DNA of 64,000 nucleotides from NCBI GenBank assembly GCA_950097015.1, contig CATNEN010000012.1:3472001-3536000 (forward strand). The letters are read 5' to 3'. The notes beneath the pieces were generated by a model that was not told the DNA's origin, searched no databases, and saw nothing but the letters and a program-made list of their open reading frames with translations. The translations under genes were made by a program, and so were the position numbers. Origin of the DNA: Macrostomum hystrix. Its lineage: Eukaryota; Animalia; Platyhelminthes. This document shows positions 49,360 to 60,104 of this stretch, piece by piece. How positions within the stretch are numbered: the stretch's first letter is position 1; each line of letters begins with the position of its first letter.

Positions 49360-50285
49360 GGAAGTACAGAGAGTGGTGAAGTGGAGAGATTGGGAAAGTG
49401 GAGAGAGTGGGAAGTGGAGAGATTGGGGAAGTGGAGAGAGTGGGGAAGTGGAGAGAGTGGGAAGTGGAGAGAGTGGGAAGTGGAGAGAGTGGGAAGTGGA
49501 GAGAGTGGGAAGTGGAGAGAGTGGGAAGTGGAGAGAGTGGGAAGTGGAGAGAGTGGGAAGTGGAGAGAGTGGGAAGTGGAGAGAGTGGGAAGTGGAGCGA
49601 TTGGGGAAGTGGAGAGATTGGGGAAGTGGAGAGAGTGGGGAAGTGTAGAGAGTGGGGAAGTGGAGAGAGTGGGAAGTGGAGAGATTGGGGAAGTGGAGAG
49701 ATTGGGAAGTGGAGAGAGTGGGAAGTGGAGAGAGTGGGGAAGTGGAGAGATTGGGGAAGTGGAGAGATTGGGGAAGTGGAGAGATTAGGGAAGTGGAGAG
49801 AGTGGGGAAGTGGAGAGATTAGGGAAGTGGAGAGAGTGGGGAAGTGGAGAGAGTGGGAAGTGGAGAGAGTGGGAAGTGGAGAGAGTGGGGAAGTGGAGAG
49901 AGTGGGAAGTGGAGAGATTGGGGAAGTGGAGAGAGTGGGGAAGTGGAGAGATTGGGGAAGTGGAGAGATTGGGGAAGTGGAGAGAGTGGGGAAGTGGAGA
50001 GAGTGGGGAAGTGGAGAGATTAGGGAAGTGGAGAGATTGGGGAAGTGGAGAGAGTGGGGAAGTGGAGAGATTAGGGAAGTGGAGAGATTGGGGAAGTGGA
50101 GAGATTGGGGAAGTGGAGAGAGTGGGGAAGTGGAGAGATTGGGGAAGTGGAGAGATTGGGGAAGTGGAGAGAGTGGGAAGTGGAGAGATTGGGGAAGTGG
50201 AGAGATTGGAGAATTGGAGAGAGTGGGAAGTGGAGAGAGTGGGAAGTGGAGAGATTGGGGAAGTGGAGAGAGTGGGGAAGTAGAG
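49360..50285. repeat. 16/17-bp purine-rich minisatellite (GGGAAGTGGAGAGAGT/GATT) in gene B intron 11
   Basis: About 55 units; the + strand is almost entirely G/A. Confidence 0.95.
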
Positions 50286-50318
50286 ACAACCTATTCACAC
50301 CCAATCCCCATCCTGCAG

Positions 50319-50417
50319 GGCAAGGGCAGGCAGTTGACCTATTGGCTGCACGGAGAAGGTGATGCACTCGTGGATCCGCCAGTGCCCAACCTGTTTATGA
50401 CTACGGTCACGCTATGA
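50319..50417 (+). CDS. Receptor guanylyl cyclase B, exon 12/12
   Basis: Acceptor atcctgcAG; GKGRQLTYWL completes the conserved KGKG..TYWL motif; TGA at 50415-50417. The 12 exons sum to 3402 nt (1133 aa + stop) with consistent phases. Confidence 0.92.
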   Translation, partial: GKGRQLTYWLHGEGDALVDPPVPNLFMTTVTL

Positions 50418-50876
50418 CCATAGTCATAGTATGACGTCATATTTCATCCGCCACAGTCATTCATTTTTTGTTCGATTTTCAGAAATCAAGTTCCTTTCTG
50501 TTCAACTCGTTCTTGAAATAGGAAAATCTTTTGTTGCTGAAATTGATTACCTGTAATTTTTTGTGGAAATGCAGACAGCAAGCATTCTATTTTTTGTTTG
50601 AAAATGAACTTTAATGAACATCGAATAGAGCTGAAAACTCGAAGTGCGAATTCCAGAGATTTTAACGATGGTTTTTCCAGATTCCAGATAATTTTTGCTG
50701 TCTTTCTTTTTTATTTAATTTGTAATGTGCGTCATATTCTACTTACAGGCGTACTATTTGTAAAATCCTAGGCGTTTGTTGCACCCATTCAGGCGAAATG
50801 AATTTCTTAAATAGGTTATTGAACTGGTTAGAATTAAATATTTTTTGCTTTATGGAATAATATCTATAGTTTAGAC

Positions 50877-51819
50877 CAGGCGTCGGCAAACTCCGGCCCG
50901 CGGGCCAGATGCGGCCCTCGAAGCTCCCAAATCCGGCCCGTTGCCCCTTCCAACACCTAGAGTATACTGCCTCATCTCTCTCATCTGCAGATGAGAGTCT
51001 TATCTCTCCCGTGTCTCATCTCTCCTCTCTCTCATCTCTCCTCTCTCTCATCTCTCCTCTCTCTCATCTCTCCCGTGTCTCATCTCTCCCGTGTCTCATC
51101 TCTACCGTGTCTCATCTCTCCTGTCTCATCTCTCCTCTCTCTCATCTCTCCCGTGTCTCATCTCTCCCGTGTCTCATCTCTCCCGTGTCTCATCTCTCCC
51201 GTGTCTCATCTCTCCCGTGTCTCATCTCTCCTCTCTCTCATCTCTCCCGTGTCTCATCTCTCCCGTGTCTCATCTCTACCGTGTCTCATCTCTCCTGTCT
51301 CATCTCTCCTCTCTCTCATCTCTCCCGTGTCTCATCTCTCCCGTGTCTCATCTCTACCGTGTCTTATCTCTCCCGTGTCTCATCTCTCCTCTCTCTCATC
51401 TCTCCCGTGTCTCATCTCTCCTCTCTCTCATCTCTCCCGTGTCTTATCTCTCCCGTGTCTCATCTCTCCTCTCTCTCATCTCTCCCGTGTCTTATCTCTC
51501 CCGTGTCTCATCTCTCCCGTGTCTCATCTCTCCCGTGTCTCATCTCTCCCGTGTCTCGTCTCTCCCGTGTCTCATCTCTCCCGCGTCTCATTTCTCCTCT
51601 GTCTCATCTTTCCAGTGTCTCATCTCTTCCCTGTCTCATCTCTTCCCTGTCTCATCTCTTTTCTGTCTCATCTCTCCCCTGTCTATCCTGTGTCTCATCT
51701 CTCCCCTGTCTATCCGGTGTCTCATCTCTCCCCTGTCTCATATTACTAGTCAATGCGGCCCGCTGTCGTCTTTTAGGTTCTCTCCGTGGCCCGCACGCTT
51801 ATAAGTTTGCCGACATTCA
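50877..51819. mobile_element. hAT (Charlie-like) MITE carrying an internal minisatellite
   Basis: Left TIR CAGGCGTCGGCAAACT with subterminal CGGCCCGCGGGCC motifs, preceded by gTTTAGAc (Charlie-type nTCTAGAn site). The right TIR AGTTTGCCGAC at 51804-51814 has a degraded tip. Confidence 0.72.
50968..51745. repeat. 16-bp pyrimidine-rich minisatellite (CTCATCTCTCCCGTGT) inside the MITE
   Basis: About 48 units. Confidence 0.95.
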
Positions 51820-51939
51820 AGCAACAACTGGCCATAGACATCTCGACCAATAAAGCTAAGTGAAACTGTTACAACTTCAAAATTTCAAAATATTAACACC
51901 ATAGTCTATGGTAAAATCAGTATGTTTATGGCAATTTTG

Positions 51940-52197
51940 CACAGCCGCGGAGACAAGCATTGGGGACTTTTTGCATCGAAACGTCCATGATGACCAAACC
52001 CAAAGGTACAGTGAAAGTGTACACTGTCCGATGATGAGAGAGGTCAGATGTACACACCAGTACAGATACTGTACGCAGGCACACTCACGCCTGTGCTTTT
52101 TGGGGCTGGCACTCGAGGGCGTAAATTGCACGACAATTAGCGTCCAAGCGTTCGCCCCAAATTAATTCGGCCTCGCCGCGGAATCGAGCTCAGGGGG
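51940..52197. mobile_element. Two SINE family 1 fragments in opposite orientation
   Basis: The + fragment runs GCACAGCCGCGGAGA...CAGATGTACACACC. The - fragment runs ACAGATACTGTACGCAGGCACACTCAC...GGCCTCGCCGCGGAATCGAGCTCAGGG. Confidence 0.65.
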
Positions 52198-52245
52198 CAA
52201 GTCAGGGGGATTAGTAACAGTTACCTGCTATATGATACCTGCTGC

Positions 52246-52552
52246 GTGAGGTTGTAGCCTAGTGGTTAAGGCGTCGGACTCACGACTTGAAGGTCGGGGG
52301 TTCGATTCCCGACTCCACTGGAACAATTTGCGTCCTTTAGCAAGACACTTAACTCTGCATTGCTTCAGTTCACCCAGCTGTTAAATGGGTACCAGCATCA
52401 GCTGGGATAATTGAAGGTGGGTGTGGCGTCCCCCCAGTCCGTGGACTGAACAGCTGTACGCAGCCTTCAGATGCGCCGCGCATTAGCTGCGGCTGTGCTG
52501 TCGGCTGCACATCTGACCCAATTGGGGCAGGTGTAATCAATTATTATTATTA
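52246..52552 (+). mobile_element. SINE family 2 (tRNA head + CORE/MIR-like domain), full length with (TTA)n tail
   Basis: A box TAGCCTAGTGG, B box GGTTCGATTCC, tail TTATTATTATTA. TTACCTGCTATA occurs at 52221-52232 and 52553-52564. Confidence 0.92.
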
Positions 52553-53899
52553 TTACCTGCTATAGCATTCTCCAATCTCAAATAATGTGACTTTGCTCCT
52601 AAGAAGAGCACCATTAAGACACACTAAGCCTTTCAGGGCTGCTTCATTGAAGCGATGAATCTCATCTAGATGTCTATTTCTATTTGCAAAGCAGAGTACT
52701 TCGTGTTACAGTTTTTTAAGCCGGTTCTGTCTGTGGCATGTACTGCACCAACCTCACATCCAGTCAGCTCATTCTCTGCTTCTTCTCTTTACCGTCACAT
52801 TGCTTTCCTTCTCTCCTTTGTACTGCCCTGCCTCTGTCTCTCCCCCCTGCCTGTCATTTAAGAGCTCTGGCGTACAGTTTTGCTTCTCAATAGTACTGCA
52901 GATGGACCAGCTGACTGTAGTTGCGCTAACGGTAGCGGCTTCATTTTCATTTACTATATACAAGCCAGTTCTGCGTCTATTTTTGTTTTAAACAAGAATC
53001 CGCATTTCCGGACCATTCTATGCGAAATGAATTGATTAACAACTTGATAAAAAAACTTCACTTTTCAAGTCAGCCGGCGTCTTCTAAAACTATTCAGTAA
53101 GTGTATTTCAAACAGATTAACAGATTTAAAAAATGGAGCCAATATTTTTGAACGGATTGTACACAGGCTGTACAGTGGCTGTTGCTGCACGCAGAGCTTT
53201 GCCAGTTGTAAAAAAACTGGTGTACTTCAAATGTAATTCTGCGCCAGCATGACTAAATGGTCTGGCGTGGCGTGGAAAATCCCATATGCTACGCACCAAT
53301 GGGCAGGGTTGGGTCAGCTATCCGGGTGGGTGCGCAGGGTACAGGATAAAAATTTCCACTGCAATCCAAACAGCTGCTTACTATTAGGAAATTTGTAAAC
53401 GGAATTCAAATTACTTCTGCCGGATGTCAAGGCCGTCTTGCGTATCAGACCAGAGACAGCGCTAACCTCATGTTGCCTCAGGATGTGAACAAAGTGTTCG
53501 AACAAACTGAGAATCATCAAATGGAGAATTGCGAGCATGTGAGAAACACTGCTGTGGCATCATCTGTGATAAAAACTGGTGTTTATATTTTAGATAGTTT
53601 CATTTCTCATCTGAGTACTTCAGGAAGATTTAATCCCATCTGAGTACTTCAGGAAAAATTTTTCCGGTCTGAGTACTTTAGGCAGTTTTTTAGACTATGT
53701 GAGTACCTTAGATAATGTTTATCCCATCCATATGCTGAGCAAACGATAATGAAAGTACTAAAAAGCGAAATGCAAGATAAAATCTTTCTGATTATTTTGA
53801 TTGTTTAAATCGAATCCCACCCGTCTAGGTAACCATATTCCAGTAAAATTACCAATAAGCGAGAAAAAAAAGAAAGTTAAGTGTTTCCTTTCGCAGAAA

Positions 53900-54504
53900 T
53901 CTAATCCAATCCAATCCAATCCAATCCAATCCAATCCAATCCAATCCAATCCAATCCCATCTAATCTAATCCAATCCAATCCAATCCAATCCAATCCAAT
54001 CCAATCCCATCCAATCCAATCCAATCCCATCTAATCCAATCCAATCCAATCCAACCCAATCCAATCCAACCCAATCCAACCCAATCCAATCCAACCCAAT
54101 CCAACCCAATCCAATCCAATCCAATCCAATCCAATCCAATCCCATCTAATCCAATCTAATCCAATCCAATCCAATCCAATCCAATCCAATCCAATCCAAT
54201 CCAATCCAATCCAATCCAATCCCATCTAATCCAATCCAATCCAATCCAATCCAACCCAATCCAATCCAACCCAATCCAACCCAATCCAATCCAATCCAAT
54301 CCAATCCAATCCAATCCAATCCAATCCAATCCAACCCAATCCAATCCAATCCAATCCAATCCAATCCTATCTAATCCAATCCAACCCAATCCAATCCAAT
54401 CCAATCCAATCCAATCCAATCCAATCCAATCCAATCCAATCGAATCCAATCCAATCCAATCCAATCCAATCCTATCTAATCCAATCCAATCCAATCCAAT
54501 CCAA
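53900..54504. repeat. (CCAAT)n pentanucleotide satellite abutting the first PPIP5K exon
   Basis: About 120 units, ending at ttttctcAG|GCGATG. Confidence 0.96.
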
Positions 54505-54513
54505 TTTTCTCAG

Positions 54514-55143
54514 GCGATGATCCGGCTCGGGCTGTGCGCCATGGAGAAGAAAGTGAAGTCGAAGCCGATGACGGCCATCCTTGGCCGGCTGCAGCGCTTC
54601 GGTCACATCGAGATCGTGCCCTTCCCTGAGTCCGTCATCCTTGAAGAGCCTGTCGATCGCTGGCCAACCGTGGACGCGTTGATCGCCTTCTACTCGCACG
54701 GTTTCCCACTGGACAAGGCCATCGCCTACTCTGAGCTTCGACGGCCGTTTCTCATCAACGACCTCGCCGCCCAGCGCCTCCTGATGGACCGTCGGCTGGT
54801 CTACCAGCGGCTGCGAGAGCGCGACATTCCCGTTGTGCGCTATGCGGTGCTTCACCGCGGCGACGAAGACTGCGATAGAGAGGACACGGATCTGACCGAG
54901 GCAGACGATCAGATCAGCCTGCGAGGCCTGACATTTCACAAGCCGTTCGTTGAGAAACCGGTGGACGCTGAGGACCACAACATCTGCATCTACTTTCCTA
55001 GCGCGGCAGGGGGCGGCAGGGTGCAGCTGTTCCGGAAGGTCGGCAACTGCAGCAGCGTGTACAAGAGCGCCGAGAGTCGGGTTAGACGCTCCGGCAGCTT
55101 CGTGTACGAGGACTTCATGCTGACGGATGGCACTGATGTCAAG
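54514..55143 (+). CDS. PPIP5K: Inositol hexakisphosphate/diphosphoinositol-pentakisphosphate kinase (PPIP5K/VIP1), first recognisable exon (ATP-grasp kinase domain)
   Basis: GLCAMEKKVKSKPM..FYSHGFPLDKAIAY..PFVEKPVDAEDHNICIYFP..LFRKVG..YEDFMLTDGTDVK. Ends AAG|GCGAGC, a GC donor. Confidence 0.95.
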
Positions 55144-55217
55144 GCGAGCTGAGAACTGATTGTCAGGGATTGAGGGTTCAGCCTCTTGAAATTCGACTCA
55201 AGTCCCAGTTTATCTTA

Positions 55218-58005
55218 GTCTCTGACACTAGATCAGTGCTCAGTCTCTGACACTCAATGCTCAGTCTCTGACACTCAATGCTCAGTCTCTGACACTCAAT
55301 GCTCAGTCTCTGACACTCAATGCTCAGTCTCTGACACTCAATGCTCAGTCTCTGACACTCAATGCTCAGTCTCTGACACTCAATGCTCAGTCTCTGACAC
55401 TCAATGCTCAGTCTCGGACACTCAATGCTCAGTCTCTGACACTCAGTGCTCAGTCTCTGACACTAGATCAGTGCTCAGTCTCTGACACTCAATGCTCAGT
55501 CTCTGACACTCAATGCTCAGTCTCTGACACTCAATGCTCAGTCTCTGACACTCAGTGCTCAGTCTCTGACACTAGATCAGTGCTCAGTCTCTGACACTCA
55601 ATGCTCAGTCTCTGACACTCAATGCTCAGTCTCTGACACTCAATGCTCAGTCTCTGACACTCAGTGCTCAGTCTCTGACACTCAATGCTCAGTCTCTGAC
55701 ACTCAATGCTCAGTCTCTGACACTCAATGCTCAGTCTCTGACACTCAATGCTCAGTCTCTGACACTCAATGCTCAGTCTCTGACACTCAATGCTCAGTCT
55801 CTGACACTCAGTGCTCAGTCTCTGACACTAGATCAGTGCTCAGTCTCTGACACTCAATGCTCAGTCTCTGACACTCAATGCTCAGTCTCTGACACTCAAT
55901 GCTCAGTCTCTGACACTCAGTGCTCAGTCTCTGACACTCAATGCTCAGTCTCTGACACTCAATGCTCAGTCTCTGACACTCAATGCTCAGTCTCTGACAC
56001 TCAATGCTCAGTCTCTGACACTAGATCAGTGCTCAGTCTCTGACACTAGATCAGTGCTCAGTCTCTGACACTCAATGCTCAGTCTCTGACACTCAATGCT
56101 CAGTCTCTGACACTCAATGCTCAGTCTCTGACACTCAATGCTCAGTCTCTGACACTCAATGCTCAGTCTCTGACACTCAATGCTCAGTCTCTGACACTCA
56201 GTGCTCAGTCTCTGACACTCAATGCTCAGTCTCTGACACTCAATGCTCAGTCTCTGACACTCAATGCTCAGTCTCTGACACTCAATGCTCAGTCTCTGAC
56301 ACTAGATCAGTGCTCAGTCTCTGACACTAGATCAGTGCTCAGTCTCTGACACTCAATGCTCAGTCTCTGACACTCAATGCTCAGTCTCTGACACTCAATG
56401 CTCAGTCTCTGACACTCAATGCTCAGTCTCTGACACTCAATGCTCAGTCTCTGACACTCAATGCTCAGTCTCTGACACTAGATCAGTACTCAGTCTCTGA
56501 CACTAGATCAGTACTCAGTCTCTGACACTAGATCAGTGCTCAGTCTCTGACACAAGATCAGTGCTCAGTCTCTGACACTAGATCAGTACTCAGTCTCTGA
56601 CACTAGATCAGTGCTCAGTCTCTGACACTAGATCAGTACTCAGTCTCTGACACTAGATCAGTGCTCAGTCTCTGACACAAGATCAGTACTCAGTCTGACA
56701 CTAGATCAGTGCTCAGTCTCTGACACTAGATCAGTGCTCAGTCTCTGACACTAGATCAGTACTCAGTCTGACACTAGATCAGTGCTCAGTCTCTGACACT
56801 CAATGCTCAGTCTCTGACACTCAATGCTCAGTCTCTGACACTAAATGCTCAGTCTCTGACACTAAATGCTCAGTCTCTGACACTAGATCAGTACTCAGTC
56901 TCTGACACTAGATCGGTGCTCAGTCTCTGACACTAGATCAGTGCTCAGTCTCTGACACTAGATCAGTACTCAGTCTCTGACACTAGATCAGTACTCAGTC
57001 TCTGACACAAGATCAGTGCTCAGTCTCTGACACTAGATCAGTGCTCAGTCTCTGACACTAGATCAGTGCTCAGTCTCTGACACTAGATCAGTGCTCAGTC
57101 TCTGACACTAGATCAGTGCTCAGTCTCTGACACTAGATCAGTACTCAGTCTCTGACACTAGATCAGTACTCAGTCTCTGACACTAGATCAGTGCTCAGTC
57201 TCTGACACTAGATCAGTGCTCAGTCTCTGACACTAGATCAGTACTCAGTCTCTGACACTAGATCAGTGCTCAGTCTCTGACACTAGATCAGTACTCAGTC
57301 TCTGACACTAGATCAGTGCTCAGTCTCTGACACTAGATCAGTGCTCAGTCTCTGACACTAGATCAGTGCTCAGTCTCTGACACTAGATCAGTGCTCAGTC
57401 TCTGACACTAGATCAGTGCTCAGTCTCTGACACTAGATCAGTGCTCAGTCTCTGACACTAGATCAGTGCTCAGTCTCTGACACTAGATCAGTGCTCAGTC
57501 TCTGACACTAGATCAGTGCTCAGTCTCTGACACTAGATCAGTGCTCAGTCTCTGACACTAGATCAGTGCTCAGTCTCTGACACTAGATCAGTGCTCAGTC
57601 TCTGACACTCAATGCTCAGTCTCTGACACTCAATGCTCAGTCTCTGACACTCAATGCTCAGTCTCTGACACTCAATGCTCAGTCTCTGACACTAGATCAG
57701 TGCTCAGTCTCTGACACTAGATCAGTGCTCAGTCTCTGACACTAGATCAGTGCTCAGTCTCTGACACTAGATCAGTGCTCAGTCTCTGACACTAGATCGG
57801 TGCTCAGTCTCTGACACTAGATCAGTGCTCAGTCTCTGACACTAGATCAGTGCTCAGTCTCTGACACTAGATCAGTGCTCAGTCTCTGACACTAGATCAG
57901 TGCTCAGTCTCTGACACTAGATCAGTGCTCAGTCTCTGACACTAGATCAGTGCTCAGTCTCTGACACTAGATCAGTACTCAGTCTCTGACACTAGATCGG
58001 TGCTC
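55218..58005. repeat. 21/25-bp composite minisatellite (CTCTGACACTCAATGCTCAGT / CTCTGACACTAGATCAGTGCTCAGT) in PPIP5K intron 1
   Basis: About 120 units. Confidence 0.96.
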
Positions 58006-58652
58006 TGAAGTCATTTTGTGTAAGGTTGCTTCTGACAATAAATAATTCATCGCATTAGTCGGGTTCAGTGAAGCAAAAACAACAGCTGAGACACAGAAAG
58101 CGTTTTGTCTGAGAGCCAAACGGGTTAAACTAGCTGCCTCCAGTTACGCATTTGTACTCTCGTTATTAATAAAGCTTGGGTCTCCATAACCCCAGAACCA
58201 CTGTCACTAACTGTACCCAGAATGATACTAGGGGTGGGCACAGTGGTAGGCGGGGTGGCTACCAGTTCAACTTGGTTTCATTTCTGAACGCTTAGACTTG
58301 CCATTTTGTACTATTATTCTTCAGAAACAGACGATAATAGCTATTTCGTTTTTTATAGGCAGTTTTTAGGTCGGAAAACAGTAGAAGCACCACGGGGGAA
58401 TTTCAAATACCCACATTTTTTCAGTAGTTTCACAAAATATTCAACCATATTTAATATAAATATCCAATCATATCTCGACGATTCTGCAACGTCGGACGGC
58501 TGAAAGTTGAATTCATCGTAAAGGGTGGAAAAAGAAATGGACTTTCACGAAAATCGGTCATTCGGTCATTTTTTAATTCCCTCGTTCTATTAGGACCCGA
58601 GAAATCATTGTCTCTATGGAAATTACGAGGGTGCGCATGCAGAGGCCAAGAT

Positions 58653-58694
58653 GGTTAGGGTTAGGGTTAGGGTTAGGGTTAGGGTTAGGGTTAG
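58653..58694 (+). repeat. Interstitial (TTAGGG)n tract, ~7 units
   Basis: GGTTAGGGTTAGGGTTAGGGTTAGGGTTAGGGTTAGGGTTAG. Confidence 0.93.
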
Positions 58695-59003
58695 CTGTCG
58701 TACAATAGAAATTTCTTTCATTCTAAGGTCAAAGCAGAGTCGCCTCACCAGCCAATGAAATCGCGTGACAGTTGACCATATGGCGAAAATAAGAACCTTG
58801 CATGGCATGCCATGGCACCAAAAAAAGTTCATATCTGTAAGCCTTCGAAAATCAAGTGTCTTGGTAGATTCAGATGATTGAATATATACTCGTAGAATGT
58901 ACACAACCACATAAGTGACGTCACTAATGGGCAAATGACGAATTGACAAAGCTGGGCACTTGGTGCTATAAATAGCAACGTAACAAACCCCCCTCAACGT
59001 CAG

Positions 59004-59147
59004 GTCTACGCAATCGGCAAGGACTATGCCCACGCAGAGGCGCGCAAGTCGCCAGCTCTGGACGGCAAAGTGGAACGCGACCTCGAGGGCAAGGAGATGC
59101 GCTGCCCAATCATCCTGACCGCTAGGGAGAAAATCATTGCCAAGAAG
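59004..59147 (+). CDS. PPIP5K: PPIP5K exon 2
   Basis: [48 protein letters not shown] continues DVK|VY exactly. Not in the + strand ORF track. Confidence 0.95.
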
Positions 59148-59514
59148 GTGAGGCAAGTATTTTGTAAGTTTTAGGACTATTTAGCCTTTTTGCCGCCCGT
59201 TTTTATACCAATCGGGATTTCCCTATCCTGCCCTGAAAATGCCACCCACCGAAGACGGAGATTATGCAGGCACCCTCGGGTGACATGCTGATCAATTTCG
59301 AAGGCCTGGCAAGGCCGCACTGAGGCGCAGTGCTAATTAGTGTATAGGGGTGTATGAAATACACTAGCGCTTATGTGAAAAATCGGACCTTCGGCCAGAA
59401 CCATTGAATATATCGACGGTCATGAGAAATTAGTAGTTCCACTGTTAAACTAAAAATGAAAGTACACAAGCCGCATACAGAAGCACCCTTATCGACGCAC
59501 CGACGCAAAAATAG

Positions 59515-60027
59515 GTGGTTGAAGCCTTCAGCCAGACGGTCTGCGGCTTCGATCTGCTTCGCGCCAACGGCGCCTCTTATGTCTGCGACGTCAACGGCTT
59601 CAGCTTTGTGAAGAGTTCGGAAAAGTACTACGACGACTTTGCCTATATCCTCGGCGTGATGGTCACCCAGGCCATCGCACCATCGCTGTCATTGTCCATC
59701 AGCTACCCGACGATGGACAAGCCGCCGCTCATTCTAACCACATTCGGCACAGTCATGGAGCTGCGCTGCGTGGTGGCCGTCATTCGACACGGCGACAGAA
59801 CGCCCAAGCAGAAGCTCAAAATGCCAGTGTACAATCCGGCCTTCTATAGCCTGTTCCGCAGGCATCGGACCAGCCCGGAGGCGGTCGAAGTGAAGCTGAA
59901 GAAGCCGACAGCGCTGCAGGAGCTGCTTGACATCGCCAGGGAGCTGCTGACGGAGCAGCCGGGCGGTGAAGGCGCGGCGCAGGAGAAACCGCGGGAGAAC
60001 CGGCAGAAGCTTGAGCAGCTGCGAATG
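59515..60027 (+). CDS. PPIP5K: PPIP5K exon 3 (end of kinase domain; start of histidine acid phosphatase-like domain)
   Basis: [49 protein letters not shown]. Donor ATG|GTGGGG. Confidence 0.96.
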
Positions 60028-60104
60028 GTGGGGCCACTTAGTTTTCCTATGAGATGCTGCCACCTTCTCATTCTGTCTGACAGATAACAGATCTGCTGAC
60101 AATA

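Noticed and set aside
49381-51853. Long ORFs rich in W/E/G or S/L/H
   Set aside because: Translations of the purine and pyrimidine 16-mer arrays; only 50319-50417 is a real exon.
53608-53711. Four spaced copies of CTGAGTACT as a regulatory or CRISPR-like array
   Set aside because: The spacing of ~29-30 bp and similarity of the intervening sequence indicate a decayed tandem repeat.
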